Below, one piece after another: positions 49,375-58,567 of a stretch of DNA of 64,000 nt. This DNA comes from Akkermansia sp. Its GTDB lineage: Bacteria; Verrucomicrobiota; Verrucomicrobiia; Verrucomicrobiales; Akkermansiaceae. The stretch spans positions 178,521-242,520 of the forward strand of contig JAZRBG010000038.1 of assembly GCA_045634945.1 (NCBI GenBank), given 5' to 3'. The notes under the pieces are model-generated. The model saw only the letters and a program-made list of their open reading frames with translations. It did not search any database and had not been told where the DNA came from. Each line of letters begins with the position of its first letter. Position 1 is the stretch's first letter. The translations under genes and the position numbers were made by a program.

Positions 49375-50133
49375 ATGACCGCTCTTCAAGATATTACACA
49401 ATTGCTGGACTCCACCCTGCGTATTCGTGAGATTAAAGATGCCCCTATGGCTCTCAACGGTTTGCAGGTAGAAAACAACGGCACCGTTACCAAGGTAGCA
49501 CTGGCAGTGGATGGTTCTCAGAAAACCATAGATGACGCTATTGCCGCAGGGGCAGACCTGCTGATACTGCACCACGGTATTTACTGGTGCGGGCTGCGCC
49601 CCATGACCGGCTGGTTTAAGAAGAAGATTGAAACCTGCCTGCAACACAATCTTGCCGTATACGGTGCGCATCTGCCCCTGGATTTACACCCGCAGCTCGG
49701 CAACAATGCCGGCATTGCCCGCGAGCTGGGGCTCACAAACTGCACCCCCGAGGTTGACTACCACGGCACCCTCATCGGTGTGGCGGGGTATTTTGACGGC
49801 ACTGTGGCAGAACTGCGTGAAAAGTTTGCAGCAATCACCGGCAGCAGCATTACCGGGCATGTGCAAAATGAAACAGCCCCTGCCGGTCGCGTGGCCGTAT
49901 GCTCCGGCGGTGCGGGTGATGTTATCTACCAAATGCATGACAAAGGCTATACCACTTACCTGACGGGTGAAGAAAATCACTGGGTAGTCAATGCTGCGCA
50001 AGATATGGGAATCAACATTCTTTTTGCCGGGCATTACGCCACCGAGACCTTCGGCGTCAAGTCATTGGGCAAATTGATAGAAGAACAATTCGGCTTGCCG
50101 ACCGTTTTTATTGACAACCCAACGGGAATGTAA
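49375..50133 (+). CDS. Nif3-family dinuclear-metal-centre protein (YbgI/GTP cyclohydrolase I type 2 homologue)
   Basis: NIF3 pattern (NGLQV..., ADLLILHHG, LYGAHLPLDLH, AGHYATE). Confidence 0.85.
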   Translation: MTALQDITQLLDSTLRIREIKDAPMALNGLQVENNGTVTKVALAVDGSQKTIDDAIAAGADLLILHHGIYWCGLRPMTGWFKKKIETCLQHNLAVYGAHLPLDLHPQLGNNAGIARELGLTNCTPEVDYHGTLIGVAGYFDGTVAELREKFAAITGSSITGHVQNETAPAGRVAVCSGGAGDVIYQMHDKGYTTYLTGEENHWVVNAAQDMGINILFAGHYATETFGVKSLGKLIEEQFGLPTVFIDNPTGM

Positions 50134-50135
50134 CC

Positions 50136-51080
50136 ATGCTGATTATTGCGGAAGACTCCATCGGTGTCAGGCTCGACCAATTTTTGGCAGGGCAGCTGCC
50201 TGAGCTGTCTCGTGCACGTATTCAAGCTCTCATCAAATCAGGGGAAATTACCGTAAACGGTAAGACGACCAAGGCCAAAACGCCGATTGAGCGCGGTATG
50301 CAAATTGAGGTCAACATCCCCGAGCCGGAGCCAACCGAGGCGCAACCGCAGGATATTCCGCTCTCCGTCCTCTATGAGGACAAAGATGTCATTGTTATTG
50401 ATAAAGAAAGCGGCATGGTAGTACACCCCGCCGCAGGCAACCCCGACGGCACCTTGGTAAACGCCGTTTTATTCCATTGCGGAGATTTATCGGGCATAGG
50501 CGGTGTTGAACGTCCCGGCATTGTGCACCGTCTGGATAAAGATACCAGCGGCTGCATTGTTGTGGCTAAAAATGACCGCGCCCACTTATCCCTCACCACG
50601 CAATTTGCAGAGCGTGACACGGGCAAAATCTATCTTGCCGTGGTACAGGGCTGCCCCAAAGAACCGGAGGGAACCGTATTCACCAACATAGGCCGCCACC
50701 CCGTCAACCGCCTCAAAATGGCCGTGGTCAACCCCGGTGCCGGCAAACCGGCCATTACGGATTACAAGGTACTGCACCACGATGCATCCACCAACTCCAG
50801 TCTGGTCATGTGCACTTTACACACAGGGCGTACCCACCAGATACGCGTACACATGCTGCATTTGGGGCACCCCCTGATCGGGGACCCCATCTACGCCCAC
50901 CCTCAAAAGCAGAAAGCAAAGCCCGGCAGACTCATGCTGCATGCTTGGAGATTGGCCTTCAACCATCCTGCGGATGGTCACCGTGTAGCCATTCAATCCC
51001 CCATACCACCGGAATATACCCCGTGGCTTATCAACACGGAGCTTCCGGAGTGGGAGGAGAGTGCCCATATTCCCTCTTGA
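50136..51080 (+). CDS. rluD: RluA/RluD-family 23S rRNA pseudouridine synthase
   Basis: N-terminal S4 domain and catalytic HRLDKDTSG. Confidence 0.9.
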   Translation: MLIIAEDSIGVRLDQFLAGQLPELSRARIQALIKSGEITVNGKTTKAKTPIERGMQIEVNIPEPEPTEAQPQDIPLSVLYEDKDVIVIDKESGMVVHPAAGNPDGTLVNAVLFHCGDLSGIGGVERPGIVHRLDKDTSGCIVVAKNDRAHLSLTTQFAERDTGKIYLAVVQGCPKEPEGTVFTNIGRHPVNRLKMAVVNPGAGKPAITDYKVLHHDASTNSSLVMCTLHTGRTHQIRVHMLHLGHPLIGDPIYAHPQKQKAKPGRLMLHAWRLAFNHPADGHRVAIQSPIPPEYTPWLINTELPEWEESAHIPS

Positions 51081-51113
51081 GTTGCTTGTGTAATCATGCT
51101 ATGAAAAAAGTGC

Positions 51114-52115
51114 ATGACTACACAAACTAAAAAACATACCGATTTAGCAGTCAATGAATCAGATATTTTTCGTCTTTTCATTGAGTTTACGGAAAGAGCC
51201 CACGCCACCGACCGCAACAGGCTTGATTTGATAGCCCTGTTCCGCAAGGTAATACAGGCAGGGTTACACACGGTTCAAACCACCGAAGAGCATCTGACAT
51301 TCAGAGAAGCTACTTACAAAAGCTTAGCTGCCAGAATCAAAAGACGCCCCAGCACCGTGTCGGATTTGCGCTCCTATATGCGCCGCTTTACGGAGCACGC
51401 AGACTGGGCAGACCGCAATATCCGACTCATTACCCAGAAAGATTGCAGAGAATTGCTCGAAACACATTTTAACAAAAGCGGGCATGTGTTCTACAAAGCA
51501 AAAACAATACTGCACAGTATTTTTGCCTATGCCATACGCAACGGCTGTTGCGACAAAAACCCCGTGTACGGTATAGATAACATGCCCATACGGGAAGAGC
51601 GCATTGAAATCTTAACCATTAAACAGATATCCAAATTCATGAAAGCCATGCGCTCCAAAGACCTGCAATGTATGCAGCCGGCAGTAAGACTCATGCTGTG
51701 GTGCGGTATAAGACCCGGCGAAGTTCAACGCCTTAAATGGCGGGATATTGATTTTCGTGAAAACGTAGTTTACGTTGACGGTCTGGCCAGCAAAACGGGC
51801 GGCGCACGCGCTGTTCCCCTGAGAGGTGCTGCCGCCAACCTCAGACAATTTCAGGGCAAACTCGATGAGCACATAGCACCGCGCAATTGGATGCGCCTTT
51901 GGGCAAAATTGCGCCGCCATGCCGGCATGCGCAAATGGCAAAAAGATGTCATGCGCCACACCTTTGCCAGTATGCACCTCAAACGTTATCACAACCTCTA
52001 CCTGTTACAGGAAGAAATGGGGCACCGAGACAGCAATCTTCTGCGCACCCGATACCTGAACCTGCGCAATCTCACGTCTCAAGCGGCATCCCGTTTCTTC
52101 AAGTGGGATGACTGA
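51114..52115 (+). CDS. Tyrosine-type site-specific recombinase (phage-integrase family), stand-alone
   Basis: Catalytic domain with GIRPGEVQRLKWRDI (Arg I), MRHTFAS (box II) and GHRDSNLLRTRY (His and the Tyr nucleophile). Confidence 0.85.
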   Translation: MTTQTKKHTDLAVNESDIFRLFIEFTERAHATDRNRLDLIALFRKVIQAGLHTVQTTEEHLTFREATYKSLAARIKRRPSTVSDLRSYMRRFTEHADWADRNIRLITQKDCRELLETHFNKSGHVFYKAKTILHSIFAYAIRNGCCDKNPVYGIDNMPIREERIEILTIKQISKFMKAMRSKDLQCMQPAVRLMLWCGIRPGEVQRLKWRDIDFRENVVYVDGLASKTGGARAVPLRGAAANLRQFQGKLDEHIAPRNWMRLWAKLRRHAGMRKWQKDVMRHTFASMHLKRYHNLYLLQEEMGHRDSNLLRTRYLNLRNLTSQAASRFFKWDD

Positions 52116-52157
52116 ATACAAACACACCCGCTTTCAACATTATGCCGTGAAACAAGA

Positions 52158-52185
52158 TTGACCTTCACAAGATTATTTGTAGAAT
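52158..52185 (+). promoter_or_regulatory. Putative promoter TTGACC-16-TAGAAT of htpG
   Basis: The hexamers lie inside the 5' extension of the listed ORF. The palindrome AGAATATTCT overlaps the -10. Confidence 0.45.
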
Positions 52186-52208
52186 ATTCTGCAATATCAC
52201 TTTTTATT

Positions 52209-54053
52209 ATGTCTGAAAAAACACATCAATTTCAAACAGAAGTACGCCAGTTGCTTGATATTGTGATTCACGCTTTTTACAGTGACCGCGAGGTTTTTGT
52301 GCGTGAGCTCGTATCCAATGCATCGGATGCTCTTGAAAAACTGCGTCTCAAGCAGCTTACGGGTACCGCCGTTGCCAACCCGGAGCTTGACCTGCGTATC
52401 ACCATTACCGCCGATGAAGAAAACCACACCCTCACCATTGCCGACTCCGGTATCGGTATGACCCGTGAAGAGGTAGTGGAGTACCTCGGCACCATCGCCC
52501 ACTCCGGCACCAAGAAATTCTTGGAGGCCATGAAAGAAACCCAAAGCGGCCCGCAAGACCTTATCGGCCAATTCGGTGTAGGTTTTTACAGTGCCTTTAT
52601 GGCCGCTACGGAGGTAGAGGTAACCACCCGCTCCTGGCAGCCCGATGCTCAGCCCGTAAAATGGACCAGCGATGGCCGGGAGGGCTACACCCTGGAGGAC
52701 GCACCCGCAGACACCACCCGCGGTACATCCATTCTCATCAAGCTCAAGGAAGACGCTCAAAACTTCTCCCAAATCAACACCCTGCGCTACATCGTAGGCA
52801 AGTACAGCAACTTTGTAGGCTTCCCCATTGACTGCAACGGTGAGCACCTCAACACCGTTCAGGCCATTTGGATGAAGAACAAGAAAGACGTCACCAACGA
52901 GGAATACGAGGAGTTCTACAAGTTCATCGGTCATACGGACAGCACCCCGCTCACGTGGATGCACTTCAGCGCAGATGCCCCCATTGTGCTCAACTCCGTA
53001 CTCTTTGTGCCCGAGGAAAGCCCCGAGGCCATGGGATTCGGCCGTTGCGAGCCCAATGTCTCCCTCTACTGCCACAAGGTACTTATTGACAGCAAGCCCG
53101 AGCACCTGCTGCCGGAGTGGCTGCGTTTCCTCACCGGCGTGGTAGACAGCGAGGACCTGCCCCTCAACATCTCCCGTGAGATGCTGCAAGACAACTCCCT
53201 GCTGCGCCGTATCTCCGGCATCATCACTAAGCGTTTCATCAAGCACTTGGAATCCCTTGCCAAAGATGATGCCGAGAAGTATGAGAAGTTCTGGCTGCAA
53301 TTCAGCCGCTTCATCAAAGAAGGTATCGTTACCTCTTGGGAGCACAAAGATGCCCTTGCCAAGCTGCTGCGCTTTGAGTCCACCTTTACCGAGCCCGGCA
53401 AACTCACCTCGTTTGCAGACTACATCAGCCGCATGAAAGAGAACCAGAAGGACATCTACGTGCTCTACGGTGCATCCCGCGCTCAGCTGGAACACAGCCC
53501 CTATCTGGATGCCCTCAAGGCCCGCGGGTTTGAGGTTTGCTTCTTCACCGACGGCGGCGATCAATTCGTGGTAGACAGCATCCACAAGGTTGAAGATAAA
53601 GAGGTCAAGTCCATTGACCGTGCCAACTTGGAGCTTCCCCCGCTGGAGGGTCAGCCCGACCGCCCCGGTTTGGATGAAGAGCAAGGCAACAAGCTCACTG
53701 CTTGGGTATTTGCCACCTTTGCAGACTCCTTCAGCAAAGTCACTATCAGCGACCGCGTAACCTCTGCACCCGCTATTGCATTGCAAGGGGAAAACGATGT
53801 TTCCCCCGAGGTGCGTGCCTACCTCAAGGCCATGGGGCAAACCGTGCCTGAGAATCACCCCGAGATTGCGTTCAACCCGCACAGCCCCATCGTACAAAAG
53901 CTTGCAGAATTGCAAACGGAAAACGAAGAGCTGGCAACCCTGCTGGCCGGGCAACTGGTAAACACCGCCCTGCTGCGTGCCGGTATGCTTGAAGACCCCG
54001 CCAAACTCGCGGATAACTCTCAAGCCCTGCTTGAGAAACTCCTCAGCAAATAA
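52209..54053 (+). CDS. htpG: Molecular chaperone HtpG (Hsp90)
   Basis: N-terminal GHKL ATPase (FQTEVRQLLDIVIH, ELVSNASDALEK, IGQFGVGFYS). Full length, 614 aa from ATG 52209. Confidence 0.95.
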   Translation: MSEKTHQFQTEVRQLLDIVIHAFYSDREVFVRELVSNASDALEKLRLKQLTGTAVANPELDLRITITADEENHTLTIADSGIGMTREEVVEYLGTIAHSGTKKFLEAMKETQSGPQDLIGQFGVGFYSAFMAATEVEVTTRSWQPDAQPVKWTSDGREGYTLEDAPADTTRGTSILIKLKEDAQNFSQINTLRYIVGKYSNFVGFPIDCNGEHLNTVQAIWMKNKKDVTNEEYEEFYKFIGHTDSTPLTWMHFSADAPIVLNSVLFVPEESPEAMGFGRCEPNVSLYCHKVLIDSKPEHLLPEWLRFLTGVVDSEDLPLNISREMLQDNSLLRRISGIITKRFIKHLESLAKDDAEKYEKFWLQFSRFIKEGIVTSWEHKDALAKLLRFESTFTEPGKLTSFADYISRMKENQKDIYVLYGASRAQLEHSPYLDALKARGFEVCFFTDGGDQFVVDSIHKVEDKEVKSIDRANLELPPLEGQPDRPGLDEEQGNKLTAWVFATFADSFSKVTISDRVTSAPAIALQGENDVSPEVRAYLKAMGQTVPENHPEIAFNPHSPIVQKLAELQTENEELATLLAGQLVNTALLRAGMLEDPAKLADNSQALLEKLLSK

Positions 54054-54076
54054 GCAGCCTTAAACCTTACTTCAGC

Positions 54077-54111
54077 CACCCGCTCAATTCTCAAAATTGA
54101 GCGGGTGTTTT
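54077..54111 (+). terminator. Rho-independent terminator after htpG
   Basis: 13-bp stem CACCCGCTCAATT / AATTGAGCGGGTG followed by TTTT. Confidence 0.75.
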
Positions 54112-54215
54112 CAAAGTCCCCCATTGCCCCGTAATTCTGCGGATTTCCGATTACCTATCCTTCATCTCTCAACTTCATCCGGAATCATTTACAACATATT
54201 CAGGTGCAGTTTCTC

Positions 54216-54230
54216 ATTTTAAATGAGATA
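54216..54230. repeat. Left arm of a perfect 15-bp inverted repeat (ATTTTAAATGAGATA), embedded in the palindrome TCTCATTT-T-AAATGAGA (54212-54228)
   Basis: Read directly from the sequence. Its partner is at 54352-54366. Confidence 0.9.
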
Positions 54231-54338
54231 TCAAGGGAAAAAGTGCAATTTCTTTTAATCATGACAGATGAATAAACTCCACAGTGTCAGGGGATATTCG
54301 AAAATCGGCGGAAATGTTATATATCACTTTGTCCGTAA

Positions 54339-54366
54339 ATGCAGAGAATGTTATCTCATTTAAAAT
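54339..54366 (+). promoter_or_regulatory. Candidate promoter ATGCAG-16-TAAAAT facing the secreted-protein cluster
   Basis: The -10 lies inside the right IR arm and the -35-like hexamer lies inside the bracketed segment. The -35 match is weak. Confidence 0.3.
54352..54366. repeat. Right arm of the 15-bp inverted repeat (TATCTCATTTAAAAT)
   Basis: Exact reverse complement of 54216-54230. The two arms bracket 121 bp. Confidence 0.9.
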
Positions 54367-54438
54367 ACTGTATAGTGTTCTGAGGCGGTGAAATAATTCG
54401 CCACCTCCTCTCAGGACAATAACTTATCAGATAAAGCA

Positions 54439-54852
54439 ATGAAAAAATACTCTCTTATAGCCTTTGCAGCCATTCCCATGTTAGGCATGGTGTCCTGCTC
54501 TGACAAAGAAGCAGCCCCCGCAGCAGCTGAGGCTAAGGCACTCAATACCGCAGAAGATTATATGAAGGCGGTAGCTGATTTGATGGACGAAGCGGCAAGC
54601 ATTGTAGAAGCCACTACTGTTGACAACGCTGCAGAGCAGGCCAAGAAACTCGCCGCCCTGTCCCCCAAAATGCAACAGCTTCAAAAGGAAGTTGAAGAGA
54701 AAGGTTTTGCAGATGCTCAACCCACCCCCGAGATGGAGCAGCGCATGGATGCCGTAGGCGAGCGCATCGGCAAATGGATTATTTCCAATGCCGAAAACAT
54801 GGAAAAGCTTGACCCGGCCTTCATGGAAGCTCTCAGCTCATTCGGCGGTTAA
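54439..54852 (+). CDS. Hypothetical helical lipoprotein
   Basis: Lipobox LGMVSC followed by Ala/Glu/Lys-rich helical sequence. Confidence 0.6.
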   Translation: MKKYSLIAFAAIPMLGMVSCSDKEAAPAAAEAKALNTAEDYMKAVADLMDEAASIVEATTVDNAAEQAKKLAALSPKMQQLQKEVEEKGFADAQPTPEMEQRMDAVGERIGKWIISNAENMEKLDPAFMEALSSFGG

Positions 54853-54951
54853 CAACTGAAAAAAGATATCCGAATATCACGCTGAAAACGGTTTTAGAAT
54901 ATCATAACAGCTGAAAAACGGCACTTTAATCCATATAATCACTTCACGAAA

Positions 54952-56127
54952 ATGAAAAACGATTATTTAAAGAAAGCATGCATGTGTGCAGCCGTGTTCA
55001 GCTGTTTATTCTCCGCGGCAAACGCAGCCACCCCCGAGGAGCTGCAACAGGCCATATTGCGCCGTGAACCGTTGGAAAAGATTGAGCAATTACTCAAAGA
55101 GGGGCTTGATGCCAATACCAAGGTAGAAATTCAACAGGGCTATCACGTACCCCTGCTTTGTGCGTTGTTGCAGGATTCTGTCTACCAAGCAGAATTTGAG
55201 AGTGAACCGCTCGGCTTACCCTACGATGCAGCACAAGCTGCCGCAATGCTCTTACGCAATGGGGCAGCTCCCAACGTGAGAGACCACATGGGCCGCACGC
55301 CGTTGCATTACACAAGCCATGCACTGGCGCAACATTATTTGTTGCAAGCGGGTGCAGACCCTACCTTGGCAGATGAGGACGGCAACTTACCGGAAGTACC
55401 CGAAGCAGCGGGAATTGCTACCGAAGGTGCACCCACCTATGAGGAAATCGACGGCATGACACCCGCAGAAATTCGCGAGCTGGGAGTTTGCTATGCAGAA
55501 GGTAAAGGCGGTAAAGAGACAGACCAAGCCAAAGCCGTTGATTTATATGAAATGGCAGCGGAAGCAGGAGATGCCACAGCCGCACGCTGGATGGGCTGGC
55601 GCTACCGCCAAGGGCGAGGAGTAAGCAAAGACCCTCAGCGCGCCAATTATTTCTTCTCTCTGGCAGCCGCCGCCGGTGATGCAGCCGCCTTGAAAGCACT
55701 TGATAACTTGACACCGGAAAACGTCGCAGGAAAAACGCTGGAGTTCTTCTGTGATTCAGAGCAAGTCATCAACCCGAGTACACGAGACGAAAACACCTAC
55801 GCGTTCCTGACTCCGGAAAGCGATGCCGGCTATGTTGTCACGTGGGATAAACGCAACAACGAAACAAACAGCACCGGCAACGCAGAAGACGGCAGTTACA
55901 CCAAAATTGCCACCACTTACAAACGCACGGGTAAAAACACGGCAAGCGTCACTTATTCCTTTGAGTTTATGCATGATGGGGGTAACATATCAAACTGGTA
56001 TGTCCGCAGCTATGAACTCATCTTCACCTCTCCGACCGGCGGCAAAGCAACCTGCACCGTAACAGGCAAGCCCTCTACCGTTTGGGCAGATAAAATCATT
56101 TACACCGGTTATTTCAAACTGAAATAA
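54952..56127 (+). CDS. Secreted protein with ankyrin repeats, Sel1 repeats and a C-terminal beta-rich domain
   Basis: Signal peptide ...LFSAANA, ANK units (GRTPLHYTSHALAQHYLLQAGADP) and Sel1 units (AVDLYEMAAEAGDATAARWMGWRYRQGRGV). The C-terminal roughly 130 aa are unassigned. Confidence 0.75.
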   Translation: MKNDYLKKACMCAAVFSCLFSAANAATPEELQQAILRREPLEKIEQLLKEGLDANTKVEIQQGYHVPLLCALLQDSVYQAEFESEPLGLPYDAAQAAAMLLRNGAAPNVRDHMGRTPLHYTSHALAQHYLLQAGADPTLADEDGNLPEVPEAAGIATEGAPTYEEIDGMTPAEIRELGVCYAEGKGGKETDQAKAVDLYEMAAEAGDATAARWMGWRYRQGRGVSKDPQRANYFFSLAAAAGDAAALKALDNLTPENVAGKTLEFFCDSEQVINPSTRDENTYAFLTPESDAGYVVTWDKRNNETNSTGNAEDGSYTKIATTYKRTGKNTASVTYSFEFMHDGGNISNWYVRSYELIFTSPTGGKATCTVTGKPSTVWADKIIYTGYFKLK

Positions 56128-56183
56128 AAACATTTCCCGCCACTAGTGGCAAATTATTAACAACAAACAAACAACACAAAACT

Positions 56184-58037
56184 ATGTCCGTAGAAGAAGT
56201 AACGACAGAGAGCTGGGGCAGTCGCCTCGGTGGCTCCTTAAAAGGTGTCATTGTCGGCGGCGTACTCTTCCTGGCAGGTATTCCCCTGCTGTTCTGGAAT
56301 GAGGGACGAGCAGTCAAGACAACCAAGGCCCTGGAAGAGGGTGAATCCGTCTGCGTATCCGTACCGTCGGTAGATACCGTAGATGCAGCCAATGAAGGCA
56401 AGCTGATACATGCAACAGGCACGGCCGTATCTCAGGACACGCTGAGCGATGAGCAGTTCCCCGCCATCAGCATGAAGGCCATGAAGTTGCGCCGTGTAGT
56501 TGAGTATTACCAGTGGGTAGAAAATCAATCCACCCGCGAAGAAAAACAGGTAGGCGGCAGCGTTAAGAAAGTTACAACCTATTCTTACACCACCAAATGG
56601 GTAAGCAGCCCCGTTAACTCCTCCAACTTCAAAGAAGCCGGCCACAACAACACCGTATTCTATAACGCCCCTGAAGACAAAAACCTTCAGGCTGAAAACG
56701 CCACATTCGGCGCATTCAATCTGACCAAAGATCAGATTGGCCGCATCAGCGGTGACAAGCCTGTAGCCTTGGCAGACATTCAGTGGCCTGCCGACCTGAC
56801 CGGTCGCACAACCGTATCTAATGATGTTCTCTACATCGGTGCCCCGCAGGGTTATATGCCCGCAGGACAGCCCGGTATGATGAACCGCATGACCCCGCCT
56901 CCCGGTACGCAGCCCGGTGTAATTCCTCCCGGCATGGTACAGACCGTGGCCACTCAGCCCGTACCTGCCGAAAGCATTGCCGCAGTACCCCAGCTCACCA
57001 ACGGCGGTTTTGTAACAGTGCCCACCATTCAGCCCAACCGCATGGCTGTTACCAACGTAGACGGTGTACCGTTCATCATCACTCCTGATGGTGTACCTAC
57101 CCCGGTAATGCCCAACGGCATTTACTATGCCGGCAACCTGCACGCCATTGCCTCTACCCTTCCCGGCAACGGTTTTGTGTACCCTGCCGCTTCCGTAACT
57201 CGTTACGTCAACATCCCCGGTTACGGTTCTCTGCCCATGTTCACCATTGAGAACAAGAGCTATGTACGCTTGGCCACGGGTGCACTTGCTCCCTACGTCC
57301 GTCAGGATGTTTCCAACGGTCAGCTTTACGTGAACGGTGCTCCCATCGCAGTAACGGTATCTTCCGCCCCCGAGCTGCAAGCTCCTGCCTACAACACGGC
57401 TCCCGCCGTACAACCCGGCATGATGCAACCCGGTATGGTACAGCCCGGCATGATGCAGCCTGTTCCCGGTGCCGTCACCACCATCAGCACGGCTAACCCC
57501 TCCTCTCCGCAGGTTGGTGATGTGCGCATTAAGTGGACCTATGTTCCCGAGTCCATGCCCATTTCCATCGTATCCCAGCAAACAGGCAATACCTTCTCCC
57601 CCTACATTGCTGAGAACGGTTACGATGTAGACCTGCTCCAGGTAGGTACCCACAACAAGCAAGCCATGTTCCAGCAGGCTCATGACTCCAACACCATGAT
57701 GACTTGGATTCTGCGCTTCGTAGGCTGGCTGATGATGTTCATGGGTATTAAGATGATTCTCAATCCCCTGTCCGTACTGGCAGATGTGCTGCCCTTCTTG
57801 GGTAACATCATTTCCTTCGGCATCGGCATCATTGCCTTCTTGGTAGCCTCCGTTGTAGCTCTGGTAGTAATCGCCATCGCATGGCTCTTCTATCGCCCCG
57901 TCATTGCCATCATTCTGCTGGCCGCTGCCGGTGGTCTGATTTACTGGGTCATCAAGCGCAAGAAGAAAGCCGCACCGGCTGAGACACCTGCAGTACCTGC
58001 CACAGAGCCTGCAGCACCCACTGACGAGGAGAAGTAA
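56184..58037 (+). CDS. TMEM43/DUF1625-like membrane protein with a large Pro/Gln/Met-rich insertion
   Basis: N-terminal TM segment plus WNEGRAV, the VVEYYQWVE motif, GDVRIKWTY, and three or four C-terminal TM helices. About 210 aa are inserted (PGMMQPGMVQPGMMQP etc.). Confidence 0.7.
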   Translation: MSVEEVTTESWGSRLGGSLKGVIVGGVLFLAGIPLLFWNEGRAVKTTKALEEGESVCVSVPSVDTVDAANEGKLIHATGTAVSQDTLSDEQFPAISMKAMKLRRVVEYYQWVENQSTREEKQVGGSVKKVTTYSYTTKWVSSPVNSSNFKEAGHNNTVFYNAPEDKNLQAENATFGAFNLTKDQIGRISGDKPVALADIQWPADLTGRTTVSNDVLYIGAPQGYMPAGQPGMMNRMTPPPGTQPGVIPPGMVQTVATQPVPAESIAAVPQLTNGGFVTVPTIQPNRMAVTNVDGVPFIITPDGVPTPVMPNGIYYAGNLHAIASTLPGNGFVYPAASVTRYVNIPGYGSLPMFTIENKSYVRLATGALAPYVRQDVSNGQLYVNGAPIAVTVSSAPELQAPAYNTAPAVQPGMMQPGMVQPGMMQPVPGAVTTISTANPSSPQVGDVRIKWTYVPESMPISIVSQQTGNTFSPYIAENGYDVDLLQVGTHNKQAMFQQAHDSNTMMTWILRFVGWLMMFMGIKMILNPLSVLADVLPFLGNIISFGIGIIAFLVASVVALVVIAIAWLFYRPVIAIILLAAAGGLIYWVIKRKKKAAPAETPAVPATEPAAPTDEEK

Positions 58038-58069
58038 TCCTCCTTTTGTCTCAAAAAAACTTAAAAATG

Positions 58070-58091
58070 GCGGGGAGCTTCGGCTCCCCGC
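58070..58091. other. GC-rich stem-loop (GCGGGGAGC-TTCG-GCTCCCCGC) without a downstream T-run
   Basis: Read directly from the sequence, between the TMEM43-like gene and the next lipoprotein gene. It may be a weak terminator or a processing/stability element. Confidence 0.5.
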
Positions 58092-58118
58092 GATTACTCA
58101 TTAAAAGAAAGCGCATTT

Positions 58119-58565
58119 ATGAACATATCTCCCGCCACAGACGCACTTGTCCTGATGACTGCTGCCGTTCTCTGTACGGTAAGCTCTTGCACTCCTGTAC
58201 CCTCGGCAGCGCAACCGATTCCGCAAGTACTTACGGTACCGGCAGACCCGGGAGATTGTACCATAACCCTCACGGGAACAAAAATAGGTAGCAACCAATC
58301 GGTTGAATACAAAATGGGCTACAATGCACCCATGCCCAAATTAAAAATTTTCCGTTACGCCCCGCAAGGAGAGACTGCCGAAATATCCTTTGACGGCGTG
58401 GGCGACGGCTGTGCCGTGCACTTTAACGGCACCATCAGACTGACACAACAAACAGGCAAAACGTACCATTTCACCGCAACTGCCGGGGAGATGAAAGGAT
58501 TTGACCCGGAAAATTTTGAAGCAAAACCCACCCATCTCACCATCACCCTCAACCCCAACGAATAA
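58119..58565 (+). CDS. Hypothetical beta-rich lipoprotein
   Basis: Lipobox-like TVSSC. No homology recognised. Confidence 0.55.
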   Translation: MNISPATDALVLMTAAVLCTVSSCTPVPSAAQPIPQVLTVPADPGDCTITLTGTKIGSNQSVEYKMGYNAPMPKLKIFRYAPQGETAEISFDGVGDGCAVHFNGTIRLTQQTGKTYHFTATAGEMKGFDPENFEAKPTHLTITLNPNE

Positions 58566-58567
58566 CC

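Noticed and set aside
51114-54053. Integrase as the edge of a prophage or integrative element.
   Set aside because: The flanking genes (rluD, htpG) are housekeeping. I saw no phage, conjugation or excisionase genes, no adjacent tRNA, and no direct repeats. tRNA-Ser at 15223 is 36 kb away with no duplicated 3' end nearby.
58070-58091. GC-rich hairpin considered as an intrinsic terminator splitting the 54-64 kb cluster into two operons.
   Set aside because: No T-run follows it on the plus strand (an A-run precedes it), and no promoter-like hexamers follow. I kept it only as a stem-loop of uncertain role.
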